A DNA stretch of 64,000 nucleotides from Squalus acanthias (Eukaryota), in the NCBI GenBank assembly GCA_030390025.1, contig CM059440.1, positions 1,488,001 to 1,552,000 on the forward strand, in the 5' to 3' direction. Position 1 is the stretch's first letter. Each line of letters begins with the position of its first letter. The notes under the pieces were generated by a model that saw nothing but the letters and a program-made list of their open reading frames with translations, did not search any database and was not told where the DNA came from. This document shows, in pieces, positions 1-14,177 of this stretch. A program made the translations under genes and the position numbers.

Positions 1-235
1 AGAACTGAGAGATTACAGTTATCAGGAAACATTGAACAGACTGGGGCTCTTTTCTCTAGAAAAGGGAAGACTGCGAGGCGACCTGATAGAGGGTTTGAAA
101 ATGATGAAGGGGTTCGATAGGGTAGAAGTAGAGAAGATGTTTCCACTTGTGGATGAGTCCAAAACTAGAGGCCATAAATGTAAGATAGTCACTAAGAAAG
201 CCAATAAGGAATTCAGGATAAACACCGGCATAAAC
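1..235 (+). mobile_element. CR1-type LINE 3' fragment
   Basis: RLGLFSLEKGRLRGDLIE...TRGH ORF2 tail. Confidence 0.85.
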
Positions 236-731
236 CTATTGGGCCGAATGGTTCATTCCTGTGCTGTAAAATGATGTAATTCTGTGCAAAACCCAAGTAT
301 TAACATGCAGCCCATAATGGGTGTGATGATAGGTGCATGCAAAGACCGAATATTATCTGAGATTTTTGTGGGGTGAATGCCTGTAAGGATATGGATGAAG
401 AAACACTTCCAGATGAAGGATGGGGTGTAAAGGGACCTGCGCTGCCTCATGGGCTTTCATAGTAAGCAATTCAAGTATTCTAACACAGTGTGAGGGGAAA
501 TCATTGTAAGAGGCAGACGTGCCTTTTTCACATATTGAACTGCAAATGTATTGATTGAATATTATCAAGGAACATCTTAGAGAGGCGTCCGAGATGGGTT
601 ACAATTCCTTATATGTGCACAAAATAACATTTCAACATAAACTTTGTTTGATATTAAAGTCCAAAACTTTAGTGAATCTGTTTAGTAAATCTACTGTACA
701 TGTGTCAAACGTAACACTTTTTTTAAATCAG

Positions 732-998
732 ATTAATAGACCGGCGATGCAGAACGCATATATCAACCCTATAGCAATTCCAACGACTGGCAAAACTGTG
801 CGTCAAAATACCTTATGTACAGTCTCTGGCTGGGGAGTCACCACTGTTTACAGTTATAGCCTATCTGATGTGCTTATGGCTGTTGAGGTGCCAATTATTT
901 CTCGCTATAAGTGCAATAGACCTTCTTCATATGGTGGGAGAGTGCACGCCTACATGATCTGTGCAGGATACAGAACCGGAGGCAAAGACTCCTGTCAG
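732..998 (+). CDS. Trypsin-like (S1A) serine protease, penultimate exon (INRPA...CTVSGWG...MICAG...GKDSCQ)
   Basis: AG acceptor ends 731, GT donor at 999; 89 codons, phase 0/0; SGWG, MICAG and GKDSCQ (Asp189, tryptic specificity) motifs. Upstream exons are outside the window. Confidence 0.93.
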
Positions 999-1963
999 GT
1001 ATGCAATACTTGTTTCTCTACAAATATGACCTCCTAATTATCGTCACTTTCCACTATGATATCCCAATCAGAACTGTTTGCAGAATGTTTCACATTGTGG
1101 TGCAGTACTTCACTTTGATTGAAGGAGCTGTCAGATGTTTTTGTGTAATAGACTTACTCAGATTGATCCTGGGTTCCAAACACAGAAAAATAGGCCCAAG
1201 CAGAGCGGGAATTTGGATGCACGCTGCAAATTCCTGGTCAGAAAAGCGAGCTGCTCCATGTTGGCCCATTGTCTAACAAACGTTACAGGCCGGTTCAAGT
1301 CATGGTCTGTGCTGAGTTAGGGTGTTTAACCAGGGAATGTTACAATTAACCTCAGCACTCTAGTGCGTGGGAGTGGAAAAATGATCCAGGATTTCCTCAC
1401 CTGATTGTAAAAAGTGCACATGTGGACATGGGGTGAGGACAGAATCAGACTCAGTTTTGATGGCATCCTGCCTGCCAACACTCACTCTGTAAGCTCATAC
1501 ATGAAGGAATGGCCCCTGGGACGATGTCTCAGAGAGCTGCTTGTCCAGAAAACCGCCTCGCAGCAAGAGTTGGCACCTTTGGATAGGAAGGAAGAAAATT
1601 GGGAATCATTTTAAATAATGCTAAATAAAAATCGCATTTTGCGTAATCTTTGCTGTGGGAGTGTGCGCAGATGTAAGATGTTTAATATTAATAGATAGAT
1701 TAATTGCCAAATATCTAGAAGACTATGTATTTCCTGCAGCACTACTACTGGCAGGAAGGTGTAATTACAGCATGCCAAGTTTACATTCCATTCTAAATGT
1801 AGACACAGCCAATAGAAATATTAAAATAAGGACAGAGTGTGTGACTTTAATGATATCTGCATGTCCTGGCCCAATTATCTGCCCCCAACTCTGCTTCACT
1901 TGAAGAATATACTTGGTCTTTACTCCCCGTATGAAATTTCACGGGAAAGTGACTAGAATCTAA

Positions 1964-2170
<207 letters not shown>

Positions 2171-3614
2171 GTACTGCCTGACACTTACACATTCCTGGTT
2201 ACTATAAAAGTACTTTAGTTGCCATCCGGTTAGCTTGTTTCTTATGTTAGTTCTAAAATCAAAAGTTAAATATTTCAATTGCCTATTGTTTGGGGGCCAA
2301 TTAATGCAACTATCAATTATTCAACCCTTTTTTCAAATACTTTTTATAATTGAATCGATTTACCTCCAATTATAAACAAACATTATGTGGAGTAGAATTG
2401 ATGCCAACCGAGTTAATCGTTGATAAGAGAAATTTCCTGCATAGGATTTTATAGAAAGATCATCTTGTCTGTATCAGTTCAAGAGAGAATTTCTTCATGA
2501 AAGACTGATGGCAAATCTTTCTTTTATTGGGGAAGGAGCTGGGCAGTGTTTTTGACCTGATCCAATCATACACACCATGGTCTAGCTCCCTTGCTTTGCT
2601 GCTTTCTGCTTGCTTACTGTGACCTCTGACTCCACGTGATTCAGAACTCCTCCATCACCTTTCACGGGACTGGAATAAAAGCAGAAAATGCTGGAAATAC
2701 TCAGCAGGTTGGATAAACTCCAATTGGACTGGGTTGGACAGGCTCCTCAAGCCCCCGTTGCTGTTCCTCATCATGTGTGGTCCTCAAATCCTGACAGGTG
2801 TTCCTCGGACAGTTCTCTGCACTGATCCCATGGATTTACTATTCACCCTCCCCTGACTCCCTGAGCTTCACTCTTCCCGGTCCTTGGGTTTCACAGGATT
2901 TACTAGTGCTCACTACACGCTTCCGCTAGACCCCTGGATTGACCTCTGTTGGCCCACGGTTGACCCTCCACTCTTCCTTAGCCTTCTGATTCCATTGTCA
3001 ACAACTTCTCCACTGCACTGTTCACTTCCACTTATAGTTCAAACCTGCCTGGTTCCCCGCATCAGCCTCAGCTTCAGCCTCCTCACAGCTTCCTGCCCCC
3101 CAGACTCATGCAGGCCTGCTCCACCCCAGTCATTGCCCCCCACAAACAGCAACGATAATCATTAATGCAGTCATCGTACAGTCGCAGTAATAAATACAGA
3201 TAACACTACATCTTGCCAATAATATGTATAATAATTAAGAAAATAGAGTGTCATCACAACAATACATTAAATACAGTCAAAACTGGACCTCAAATTTACT
3301 AATTAAAAATAGGCAACCCAATTACTATACTATTAATAATTCAACCAGAACTGCATCTCCAGGGCCTATGTCCCTCTCTCCCAACCCCAGCCTCTTCCCC
3401 ATCCCCCTCCACTTCACTCACAGAAAGATAAGATGACACATACTCCAGTCCCAATTACTAATGAGACCAGATCATTTCTGAGGTTGTCACAGGTTTGGAA
3501 CCTTGTGTCTACCTGTAGGTTTCAACGATAGGTGAAAGCACAATGAAAGAGTGCAAGATGGACGGAAGGGCAGTGAGACTATGTGACAAGCACATACAAT
3601 GCCAGACACAGGGG

Positions 3615-3905
3615 AAAAATGAGAAGTCGCACAACACCAGGTTATAGTCCAACAGTTTTATTTGAAATCACAAGCTTTCGGAGCTTACGTGGCCCCTTCC
3701 TCAGGTGAAGTAAAGAGATACAGAATTGCCAAAGCGTATATATCTATATATGCTTTGGCGATTCTGTATCTCTTTAATTCACCTGAGGAAGGGGCCACGT
3801 AAGCTCCGAAAGCTTGTGATTTCAAATAAAACTGTTGGACTATAACCTGGTGTTGTGCGACTTCTCATTTTTGTCCACCCCAGTCCAACACCGGCATCTC
3901 CGCAT
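3615..3905. mobile_element. Penelope-like terminal-repeat remnant forming a long palindrome, with hammerhead motif
   Basis: 3615-3872 is a near-perfect inverted repeat; same family at 22470-22695 and 51784-51872. Confidence 0.7.
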
Positions 3906-6900
3906 CGAGACACAGGGGAGGCCGAGCTTCCCCCGCAGGGCGGAACAACAGGCAGCAGTAGATTCGCTGCCCAATTTAATCCCCACCCAATGTTCTTCTT
4001 CATTGAAGCTACTGCTTATCTTCTGAATTGTGGGGCAAGTTAGAATTCTCCCCACAGAAAGACAAATTCCTCTGTGCTCGTTTTCATCAACTTATTTTAT
4101 CGTTAAAATGAAGCACAGGAATTTGAAACATTAACGCGTACTCTTCAAAACATTCCACAGGAATTTCAACCTCAGAAGCAAACAGAGAGGAAGCATACAC
4201 TAGAAACAGAGATAACCAGTGTGTGATCGACATGTAGAGAGACAGAAAGAATAGAAGACTAGCAGAAAGAGACGATGGTATTGAAAGAATTAGAAAATAG
4301 CAGACAAGCAGAGAAGGTGTTTCCACTGGTGATTTAGAAATAAGCTTGGAAGCAGTAGAGATAAAATAAAACATCATAAATTCTGAAAATCGGAACTAAA
4401 CAGAAAATGCTGGAAATGCAGAGCAGGTTGATCCGCATCAGAAAGAAAAACAAAGGTTAATATTTGAGACGGGATCCTTCATCAGAGCTAGCAAAAAAAA
4501 AGACTTGGAGATTCAGGGGTAGGATTCTCTCCTGCCACGGGAGAATTGGTTCGATTCCCGACCAATGCAGGACCCTTGCCTTCTCTCTCTGCGGCCATGC
4601 CCATGCCCGGGTGGCCCTGAGAAGGAGCATGCGGGTTCTTCAGGTACGCTTGAGGCCTTCTGTGACCAGTGGGCACCGCAGGGACGGGTGGGCATAGTGG
4701 ACACGGGTGACAATATTATTATTTAATTTTATAAGCTTCCTTGGTTTAAGGTTTAGTTTTCTATTGGTTGTGCCCCTCTAAATAGGAGGTACTTTTGTTA
4801 GGTTTTCTCTTTTAAAGGCGCTGGGACAACCCAGTGTCTCCTCATAGTTTCATTAAGAAAAGGCATACTTGAAGAAAGATTCAGGCCTCGAATCTTTGGC
4901 CCTCACTGCCTGTGAAGGCGATGCTCCACTGGGAGTGAGGAATCATGGAATTAACACTATATAGTATACTAGATTGGAGGTGGTACATATAGATCACTGC
5001 ATCAGATGGAAACAGTGTCTGGAGGCCACAGCAACAGTGTCTGGTACCTGGGATAATAGACGATAGTGAGCAGTGAATGAGGGTGCAGCAGATGGAGAGA
5101 AAAAATGCTGTTGGTGTTGGGATCATGGTGTAAATAGCGCAAGATAATATAAGAATGCAAAAACGAATGGTATGGTATATGAAGACAGGAGAGGAGGGAG
5201 AAGATGTCAGAGCAGAGGCAGCATATGATGTGCCTCACAAGATCCCCTTAAAATCCAGAGAATAAACACATTAAAAACATTTGACTAGTAGCTGATATCT
5301 AACTTCTAATCTGTATGCAATTCTCCTTCCATAAATACTACTGCACAACCTGTCAATAACCCTAAGCTTTGAATGTATTAACTCCGATATGAACTAGTAG
5401 CTATGGTTTGATATTGATGTGTATTGTTTTGAATTTCTAAAAGTGAAAGTTTTTTCAAGCCAGAAGTTTTATGTTGTAAAAAAACATATCGGGATAATTC
5501 AACGATTGGCTCTCCCAGTCGGGAGTGGCAATCACATGGCGTGCATTTGGGAGAAGTGTAGGAGCACAGCCCTGAGTGTCCATCCATTCATTTTAATGGA
5601 TGTACCATTACAGGCTGCATGCCTGCTCTTTCCCAAGATGTGCTCCTGGGGGCACTGGATGAGGGAATTCCCCCCCCCCCCTCCTTATATACATGACTCT
5701 GAATAATACAGTTTAAACCAGTGGTACGAATACCGCCTGCGAGACATTTGTCTCTTTGACTATCTCACAGCTCCGTGTCCCTCTCAGTCACGATTCAGAG
5801 ACTGACCCCTGTGGGATGTTGACTGAGGCCGTTTCCTCCACCTCTCTAACACTCCAGCAAAGGGAAGCAAGGGAATGCTGTTAGAATGCAAGGCTATCCC
5901 AGCTTTCATACAAACAAATGAAAAGGCCTTGTTAAAATCGAGATGATTTCACTAAATTATTAAATAGTCCTACAGCGTTTTCTCATTTGTGTGGGCAAGT
6001 GTCGGTGGTCCAATTGGTTTGATTTAAATCAGGAAGTATTTGTGTGGGGAAATATGGGGAGATGGATATCCCATCGCTCAACTGCTGAGAATAATCCTCC
6101 AGCAAGACATTAGGATTGCTGCACTTGACAAACTGTTAATAAACACTGGTTTAAACAAATTCATCAAAGTAAACATCTATCATCTATGTAGGATGTAATA
6201 TGCAGTCATACTATTCAGTGCCTGAGATCACAAGACAATTTCTGGGCTTGGCCCTTGCTCAAAATACTTTATCTTCTAAATTTATAACAATTTGTATGCA
6301 TATATGCGAATGATTGAATCACAAGTGTAACATGTTTTCTGCTCATCCTTTGTATCTGCTTGTACAACTGTAGTTTAATTAAACTTGCAACACTGGATGT
6401 ATGAATAGAATAATTATTTGGTAAAAGCTGTTGTTGTTTTTTTCCATTTTGTTCAATTAGTTCACAAGAATTTATTTTGAATATAAATTCCCGGCATTCA
6501 GGAAAGCCTTATCTTTTGTGTGTGTGGTTTTTTTTTTCAAATTTTCTTCCCTTCTTTCTCGAAGGCACTGAATCAAACTTGTGTCTGGATTCACAAGCAC
6601 CAGGTTATCCCGTGTCTCAGCCAAGTACCCGTTCCTCCCCTGTGACCCTAAACAGCTCAAATGCTGAGACAGTATTTCACTGCCATCGGTGCTGTCCCCA
6701 ACCGACTCCCACACACACTTTGCAGCAGCGTCCATTGAACATAGACCAGGAACGGCAACCCGTCTCACTCAAATCACCTGTATTTCAGATATTAAAGGAC
6801 ATCTGTGTTCTACCATTTGAGGGTGTGAGCGACACGCAGCTCAGTGGAGGGAACAGGACCGAACAATTTCAATAGACACAACCGAGCGTGCTCAGAAAAT

Positions 6901-8578
6901 CGGCCCCAAGGTGTGGGAGTGAGACAATCTAGTGTCTGTAGTAAACCTTGAAAAACATTTGGGAAGCACAGATGGAAGGAACGTGTCTAGCGCTGCCATT
7001 TCGAATTATAAGATTTAATAAACAGGTAATTGTCAGAGCTTCACGCTGACAGATGGCAGTACATAGATTGACAAAAATACAATCAACTAACAAATTAGAA
7101 TCTGCATATATGTAAATACAAGGTTTAAAAATTCCATGGTACAATAGGTACTGATCTCAGACTGAAACTTTTATCGAGTGCTGTGCAGCCAACAGACCAG
7201 AGTTATACTGGCGGCTGCCCCTTGCACTCTGACAATTCCACTTTTATTTTAGGGGGAGAGCCGGGAGAGCCAAGGCTTCCCTCCAACAGTAAAATTTAAG
7301 TTTAAAACATTCCCAGGCTATCCAGTGAGTAAAGCGGGAAGTTTTGAACTTCCCTTCACACCAGACTGGATTGCCTGAGCAGACAAACACAGCAAGAAAG
7401 CGCCGCTGTGATGCCCAAGGTGTCGGTGGACTCGCATGTGTTGGTTCGAGTATGATCAGGGGCCAGATCACCAGCCTGACTCTCAAGTTATACCGCTGCA
7501 TTTGCATTAATGTGAATCGATGCAAAAGTGGTAGTATGATCACACAGTGGGGCCGATTATGTGATCCCGGCTGTGCAGTGCACATTCAGTTCTGGGATCA
7601 TTGCTCCAGAGCCACCCCACGCACCTTTCCACAACCCTCCAGGTTAGGAAGAAGATGGATAAAGGAGACGGCAGTGAAGTATATTAAATGGTATAGACAT
7701 GGTGAACACAGTTTAATATTTTAAAGTAAATCAGAAAAGTAGAGGCAGACGACAAAAACTCAAATAAGTGAAGAGTAAATTTCAACAGTTATCAGGAAAA
7801 CGTTTTACTTGTGGTAATAAACATTCCGAATAATCTACAAGGCAGGGTTTACAGACAAACACACTGGGGTTATTCAAAGTACAGTTCGATACCATGAGGC
7901 CAGATTGACTGTGGTGCAGAGTGAACTTCCCCGGAGAATTCCCTTATCTTTGACTTTTATTTCTCTCTCTGGGACTTTAGCTCCTAACGCTCAGCAATCT
8001 GCGAGATCCCCCATTGCTTGTCAGCACCTTGGCATTTACCATTTACTTTATTGCAGCGAATATACAACTGAATTCAGCCTTGAGTTAGAGTGACAAATGT
8101 TTATTGCATCGTTTCCGCTCGCTCTCTCACACTCACTGAATGTCCAAGGCAGATTCGACCCGAGTGTCTGAGGAGCCGAAACAGGAGTTTATTCAAAAAT
8201 AAAAACAGAAAATGCTGGAAATACTCAGCAGGTCAGGCAGCATCTGTGGCGCGAGAAACAGAGTTAACGATTCAGGTCGATGACCCCTTTTAAAAGCTGC
8301 GATCTTCTTCAGTTCTCTTTGAGTTGGCTGGTTTAGATGATACGAACATTTATACCTCGCAGCTAATATTAAAACAGAAGAGCCCATTAAAGTTACAATT
8401 CCGGATTGGGTTTGGTTGAAGAAAGCAGAGTGGCCAGTGTTATTTACCTTGTACATTAAACGAGCTGAAGAGTGAGAGGAGTTTGTCAGTCTGACCGCAG
8501 GGTTCGAACGGAACCTCCTTGGCGGAGTGCTGCCGTGTATAAAGGAGCGCTCACTGTCCCAGCCTCACCCTGTCTGAA

Positions 8579-9091
8579 ATGATGCTGCCGAGTCAATTCA
8601 TTGTCCTCATCTTTCTGTCATGGGCACGTGAGTATTGTAGCAGGGCATCGGTGTTTAACACAACGCTCGATTGTAGATTACAGTTTATTTAAGAAATTAC
8701 TCTCCATTGACTGAGGAAATAGTTCGGTTTATAATAAAACTGTTTAAAGGGACAGAATTTCACTAACTTATTGAATGTTTTCATCACTCAGGCGCCGCTC
8801 CTGACAATATTGTCACACAATCTCCTTCTGCCACAATGTTTGTGGGACAGGCTGTGGAAATAAACTGCACACAGACCGCTTCCTGGGATTACATTTACTG
8901 GTACAAGCAGAGTCCAGGAGAAAGCTTGAATTTGATCTTGTATTCTCAAGCATATGGAGCACAGAAGCAGATGACTTCGGACATTCCCGCAAGGTTCAAT
9001 GCTTCTCGGCCAGAGATGCGTAACTGCAGCCTGATTTTAACCTCGCTCCGCCTGGGCGACAGCGCCGTGTATTTCTGCGCTGCTAGTTTAG
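8579..9091 (+). CDS. V gene 1, family A (leader exon 8579-8627, V exon 8792-9091), TCR-like V segment, intact
   Basis: Leader MMLPSQFIVLIFLSWA with GT donor; V exon VTQSP...INC...WYKQ...DSAVYFCAASL; TATAAA at 8538-8543. Confidence 0.93.
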
Positions 9092-9129
9092 CACAGCGGT
9101 GCAAACAGGCGAGTATTCACACAAAATCC
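9092..9129 (+). other. RSS of V1 (23-class)
   Basis: CACAGCG + 22-bp spacer + ACAAAATCC. Confidence 0.9.
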
Positions 9130-9494
9130 CAACAGAGCGCAGAGCTCCGCCTCAACACACCCTTCTTTAGTCATGTTATTGTTCAGGTGTTTATGGCTAT
9201 AATTTCTAAATTCATAAAGATTTTTCATAATTGGTGAATGTAATTCAGTGATCAGACATCAAACATCCAATAAGGACTTCCTGAAAGTCAGACACAAAAC
9301 CGAATTCTAAGGAACAAAAACAGAAAATGCTGCAAACACTCAGCAGGTTAGTCAGTATCTGTGGAGAACAGGTGAGTTATTTTCTCAGAAACCTAGCGCA
9401 GCCCAGCAAGTTCCTTTCTCACCGGCTCCCAGGTTCACACTGTCAGGTGAGACAGCATTATCTTACTCTGCTTGCTCCACCTTGAGTAGAGGGC

Positions 9495-10490
9495 CCCTTT
9501 TTGATATATATAAATGACATGGATATTGGAATACAGAGTCGAATTTCTAACTTTGCCCATGACACAAAACTTGGGGTTGGGGGGCGGGGGAGCGGTGGCA
9601 AACAGTGAGGATGATACCAATCGACTGCAACAGGACATAGAAAGGCTAGCAGAATGGGCAGACAAGTGGCAGATGGAACTTAATACAGAGAAGTGTCAGG
9701 TGATGCAGTTTGGCAGAAGGCAATATACACTTAACGGCACAGTTTTAAAGAGTGTGCAGGGACAGAGGGACCTGGGAGTTAATGTGCATAGGTTCCTGAA
9801 GGTGGCAGGACATATTGAGAGAATGGTTAGCAAAGCATATGGGATCTTGGGCTTCATAAATAGAGGTATTGAGTACAAAAGTAGAGAAGTTATGCTAAAC
9901 CTTTATAAAGCTCTGGTTGGGCCACAACTGGAGTATTGCATCCATTTCTGTTCACCAGTTCTGGTCACCACACTTTAGGATGTATGTGAAGGTCCTTGAG
10001 AGGGTGCAGAGGAGATTTACCAGAATGGTTCCGGGGATGGGGGATCTTAGATTCAAGGACAGGTTAGAGGAGCTGGATTTGTTTTCATTAGAGCAAAGGA
10101 CATTGAGGGGTACTTTGATAGAGGTGTACAAGATTATGAGGGTTTTGGATAGGCTAGACGGGGTAAGGCTGTTCCCACTAGTTGATGGTACAAGGACTGG
10201 GGGACACAGATTTAAGGTTTTGGGCAAGAGATACAGGGGGGATGTGAGGAAAAGCTTTTTTACGCAGCGAGTGGTGAAGACCTGGAACTCGCTCCCGACG
10301 GAAGTGGTGGAAGCGGAGACACTCAATGTTTTCAAGGGGAGACTGGATAGGCACTTGAGGGAAATAAACTTGCAGCGCTACGGAGATAGAGCGGGGGAAT
10401 GGGACTGACTGGATTGCTCTACAGAGAGTCGGCACGGACTCGATGGGCCGAATGGCCTCCTTCTGTGCCGATGACTCTATGACCCTATGA
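9495..10490 (+). mobile_element. 5'-truncated CR1 LINE, private to duplication unit 1
   Basis: RT C-terminal peptides (LQQDIERLAEWADKWQM, QRRFTRMVPG); empty site near 21080. Confidence 0.9.
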
Positions 10491-13109
10491 CCCTCTGCTC
10501 CAAAAGATCCCCCTTCTCTGTAGCTCCTCCAGAGTAACATCTTGGACTGCGGTCGTCCTGCCTCTGCACCTTGCTTCAAATTTTATTCAGATTAAGAGCC
10601 AGTTTCTCTTTAATGGCCACCTTTTAAGAGCTACAGGCACGGATATTCCACCCTGACCCCTGCGCTGCCCCTGGGAGGGCTGAGAATGTATTTACATTTT
10701 ACAGCACCAGGTCAGCAATAAGCGCTACAGATGCTCGCAATGTGCACGAGCAATGGCCCCAGTGCCTCTCCATCAAGACCACATGATTTGCCCCACTATC
10801 ACTTTCATGTCAATCAGCAGCAGTTTTGGATGTGCGCTGATGCCAAAATGGCACTATTCAAATCCCAGTTTCACACAACAATAGCATAGCCCATCCCCCC
10901 TGGTACAGGTGTCGAAAGGGGCCAACATTCTCGATGCTGTTCATGTGATGAGAGAAATACCGGCACCAAACCAAGTAATCCTCAGCTTCTAACACAACAG
11001 CAACGAGAAAATCAGCAGCAGTTACCTTAGCTCCAGGAATCCCTCCAGTAACGTTTCTCTCATCATAATGCTCGTAAATCCATCTATTTCACTGAGTGGA
11101 GTTTGGCGGGTTTTCCTTCCATTTCCTTCTTTCTTGCTCGCGATTTCTTGTTGGTTTCATCTGGTCTCGCATTTCCTACTTTGTGATTGGTAGGTCATCC
11201 TGTGTAAAGCTACCTAAGCATATCAGCGACTTTACCTATATCATACATTCCTACATCTGTGTTATGGTTGCCTTAGAGTTGTGGCACTTTGCACAATTCT
11301 GCAGCACAGATAGGAATCGCCAAGGCAAGAGGAAATAAACCACACTGTGCAACTCTGCGCTCGAACACAAGTGCAGAATATACAGTGCCTGACATCAAAT
11401 GATTGTGTCATGTGACCAGTTACAGTGTTAATGCAGCTGCCTCACACTCACCAAATCAATCAATCCTGCAAACAGTAATATCGCTTATCATTATTAAAAC
11501 AACCTTCAAGGGGGAAACGGAAAATGAACAGAGGAAGAAAAATTCCACCTGCAGTTTACCATGTTTGTTCTAATGGTTTTATTAATTTAACAGGTGTATG
11601 TGGATGTTCCCCAGTCACTGGGACGAGCGGCCATAAACGATTCATGGCTTTCACCAAACTGCACATGCGCAAACGCTCTTTACATTGCCGGACAGACTCC
11701 ACAGCATTGCCAGCCAAGATTAGTACAGAGGTGTTTTAAGTAGAAGTGGGTCTGTAATATAAATGCAATAGATACCAGTGATCCTGTAGCCATTTCTTCT
11801 AAAGCTGTCCTGCCTTATAGCAGTGGTTTACACAACCATGACATCTGGCCTCAATGCTGCCGAATAGCAAACAGCAGTTTGCACCTTTAACCAAAGTCTG
11901 CCTGTGCCATTTGTGTGCAGGATGCAAGTCTGCACTCAGTTGCTAACCATGCAAAAAAACCATCTGTGCTGAACAGATCATTTTTGCTGCTGTTATGTCA
12001 GGAGATCAATGTTGTATTTTGTTGGAAAAACATCTTTTAAGGATGATCCCAAATTTCTTTCGATATGTGAAACGCTATTAAATTTTATATAGTCATAATA
12101 TAATCTGTGTATGTGTGAGTGATTTGGATTTCCCAAACAATATTTTAATATGAAGCAAACATTAATGGTCATTACCTATAATCAGGCCAGTTAAGATAAG
12201 GGGCTCGATTTTAACGGCTCAGATTTCGGGCTGGTGGGGGTGTGGAGGTGGGGGTGTGGAGGTGGAGGTGGGGCGGGGGCGGTGGGCTGAGCGCAAAATA
12301 CACTTTGCAGGCCTAAGTTCGAAGCCTGGGGTATTTTAACTCCCGGCTCATCTACATGTTGCCAGTCAGCTGTCTGCCCAAAACATAGAAACCAAAACCC
12401 TCTTTATACAGAAATGATTATGGAATACTGTAGATTGCTGCACATGGGAATTTGCCCCTTTTATATTATGGGATGGTTCCCTAGCATTAGAACAACACAA
12501 AAACTGTGTGTGCTTTTTGAAAATCATTTAAATGTCGCTTAATTTCTGGATGCTGGGTCTTTATGATAACTGGGCAGCAATGGAGAAAGCCACAGTGCTG
12601 GGCTGTGCAGGTGGGCTAAGGCTGCAGTGAGTCTGCTGCTCCTGAGGCATCAGTGAAAACCATCTCATTAAGTGGGTTACAGCACTGCCTCATTTAGCTT
12701 TTGCACTGAAGGTAGGGCTGATTCTGGTGAGAGTGGAGTTATCTAAAGGGACCATAAGATTTCCACTGGATTGGCAACTGTAAAACACATAATAAATGAG
12801 TGTCGGCGACGGTATCGGTGAAGTATCTCCTCGAGCTCTTCTACTTTATGACACCCAACAAATTAATCGTGCTCAAAGCTTTGGTGGAAGCCAGATTACC
12901 CAAAGTGTGCAGGTTGGGTATAGATGCACATTGCTGACAACTCATCCTCTGCTCCAAATGAGACCTGAAGGAGGCCGGTATAAATGGTGACTCCAGGACA
13001 CACCATGATGTTGTCATGTCGTGAAGTGTATTGGGTTCAGGTGCAGTGTGTTGGCTCCAGGCGGTGCATTGCAGTTGACGCTTGCTTACACTATTTCAAC
13101 CCTACTGTA

Positions 13110-13395
13110 GATCCTTCTCAGGCAGTCCCTCGGAACCGAGGATGACTTGCTTCCACATTAAAAATGAGTTCTCAGGTGACTGATGAGTCCAATGCGGGAC
13201 CTACAGTCTCTGTCACAGGTGGGTCAGGCGGCGGTTGAAATGGCGGGTGGGTGGGGTGCTTGGGTTGACGTGCGCTCCTTGCGCTGCCTGCGCTTGGCTT
13301 CCGCTTGCTCCGGGCGAAGAGACTCGAGGTGTTCGGCGCCTTCCAGGATGCTTCTCCTCCACTTTGTGCAGTCTTGGTCGATAGGCCTCGGTGGA
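13110..13395 (-). mobile_element. Probable RTE-like LINE 3' fragment (copy at 25549-25835)
   Basis: GC-richer block, degenerate peptide ending RKRKPSAGS; assignment from recalled 3' end similarity. Confidence 0.45.
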
Positions 13396-14014
13396 GATGA
13401 TGCAGCAGTGCCTGCTTTGGATTCATTATATTTCTACAGGATCTTCATGCTACATACAATGAGCAGAAGTGCAATGGGAAGATCCTAGTATAACTAAGGT
13501 ATTATTTCAACCGCACCAGATGACATGCAATTGGTATTTATTAGCAATTTTGCTCTCCAAGAATGAGACCCAGGGTTTGATACACGGATTCCACTTGGCA
13601 CGTCATAATTAGTCTGAAAGAAGACTGTTTTTGCAGGAGTATTGTTCAAGTGGTTTACCCTCAAATTATCAGAATCATTGACAATACTGCTTCCCTAACT
13701 CAACTTTTTCAGCCGCTTCAAATTTTTCTAAACTTTTTTAAATTTTATATGTTTTTTGTCTTGTGCCAAATTCTTTTATCCCACACTCTGTGCAATCAGG
13801 GAATGGTTCTGTTTCGATGTTTGGTCCTTGTACAATAAATATATCCCGGTAATACAGCACACCAACGGATCAGCTCATCCAGGGAGTGTTTCTGGTGTCG
13901 GCGATTGGTTTTATATTAAACAATATCTACTTCACCACATATTTTACAGATCAATTAATTATTTCACAGAAAAATAGGTTTGCAGGAAATAGAAAAGGGT
14001 GTAGGCGGGAACTA

Positions 14015-14024
14015 AGTGACGTCA
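14015..14024 (+). promoter_or_regulatory. CRE-containing decamer AGTGACGTCA in the V2 promoter (TCR V-beta-type decamer)
   Basis: Exact decamer about 155 bp upstream of the leader ATG; also present in the paralog at 26451-26460. Confidence 0.75.
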
Positions 14025-14177
14025 ACTTGCTGGGGTGTAAATGTTCCGGAGTTGCAATATGTGCCACATTAAATGCGATTAACCGGGCTCCATATGTCGG
14101 TTCTGTGACTCCCACCGAGCGATCTCTTGGGCGGCAGGGTCTCCAGAGACACTCAGTGTGGCCTCAGCTGTCTGACC

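Noticed and set aside
6477-6875. Possible degenerate V pseudo-exon after an acceptor-like tract (VTLNSSNAETVFHC)
   Set aside because: No WYxQ, no proper Cys spacing, no RSS or leader found.
7542-12600. Isolated CACAGTG/CACTGTG heptamers (e.g. 7542, 11344, 12591)
   Set aside because: No nonamer seen at 12 or 23 bp and no adjacent coding segment; expected by chance.
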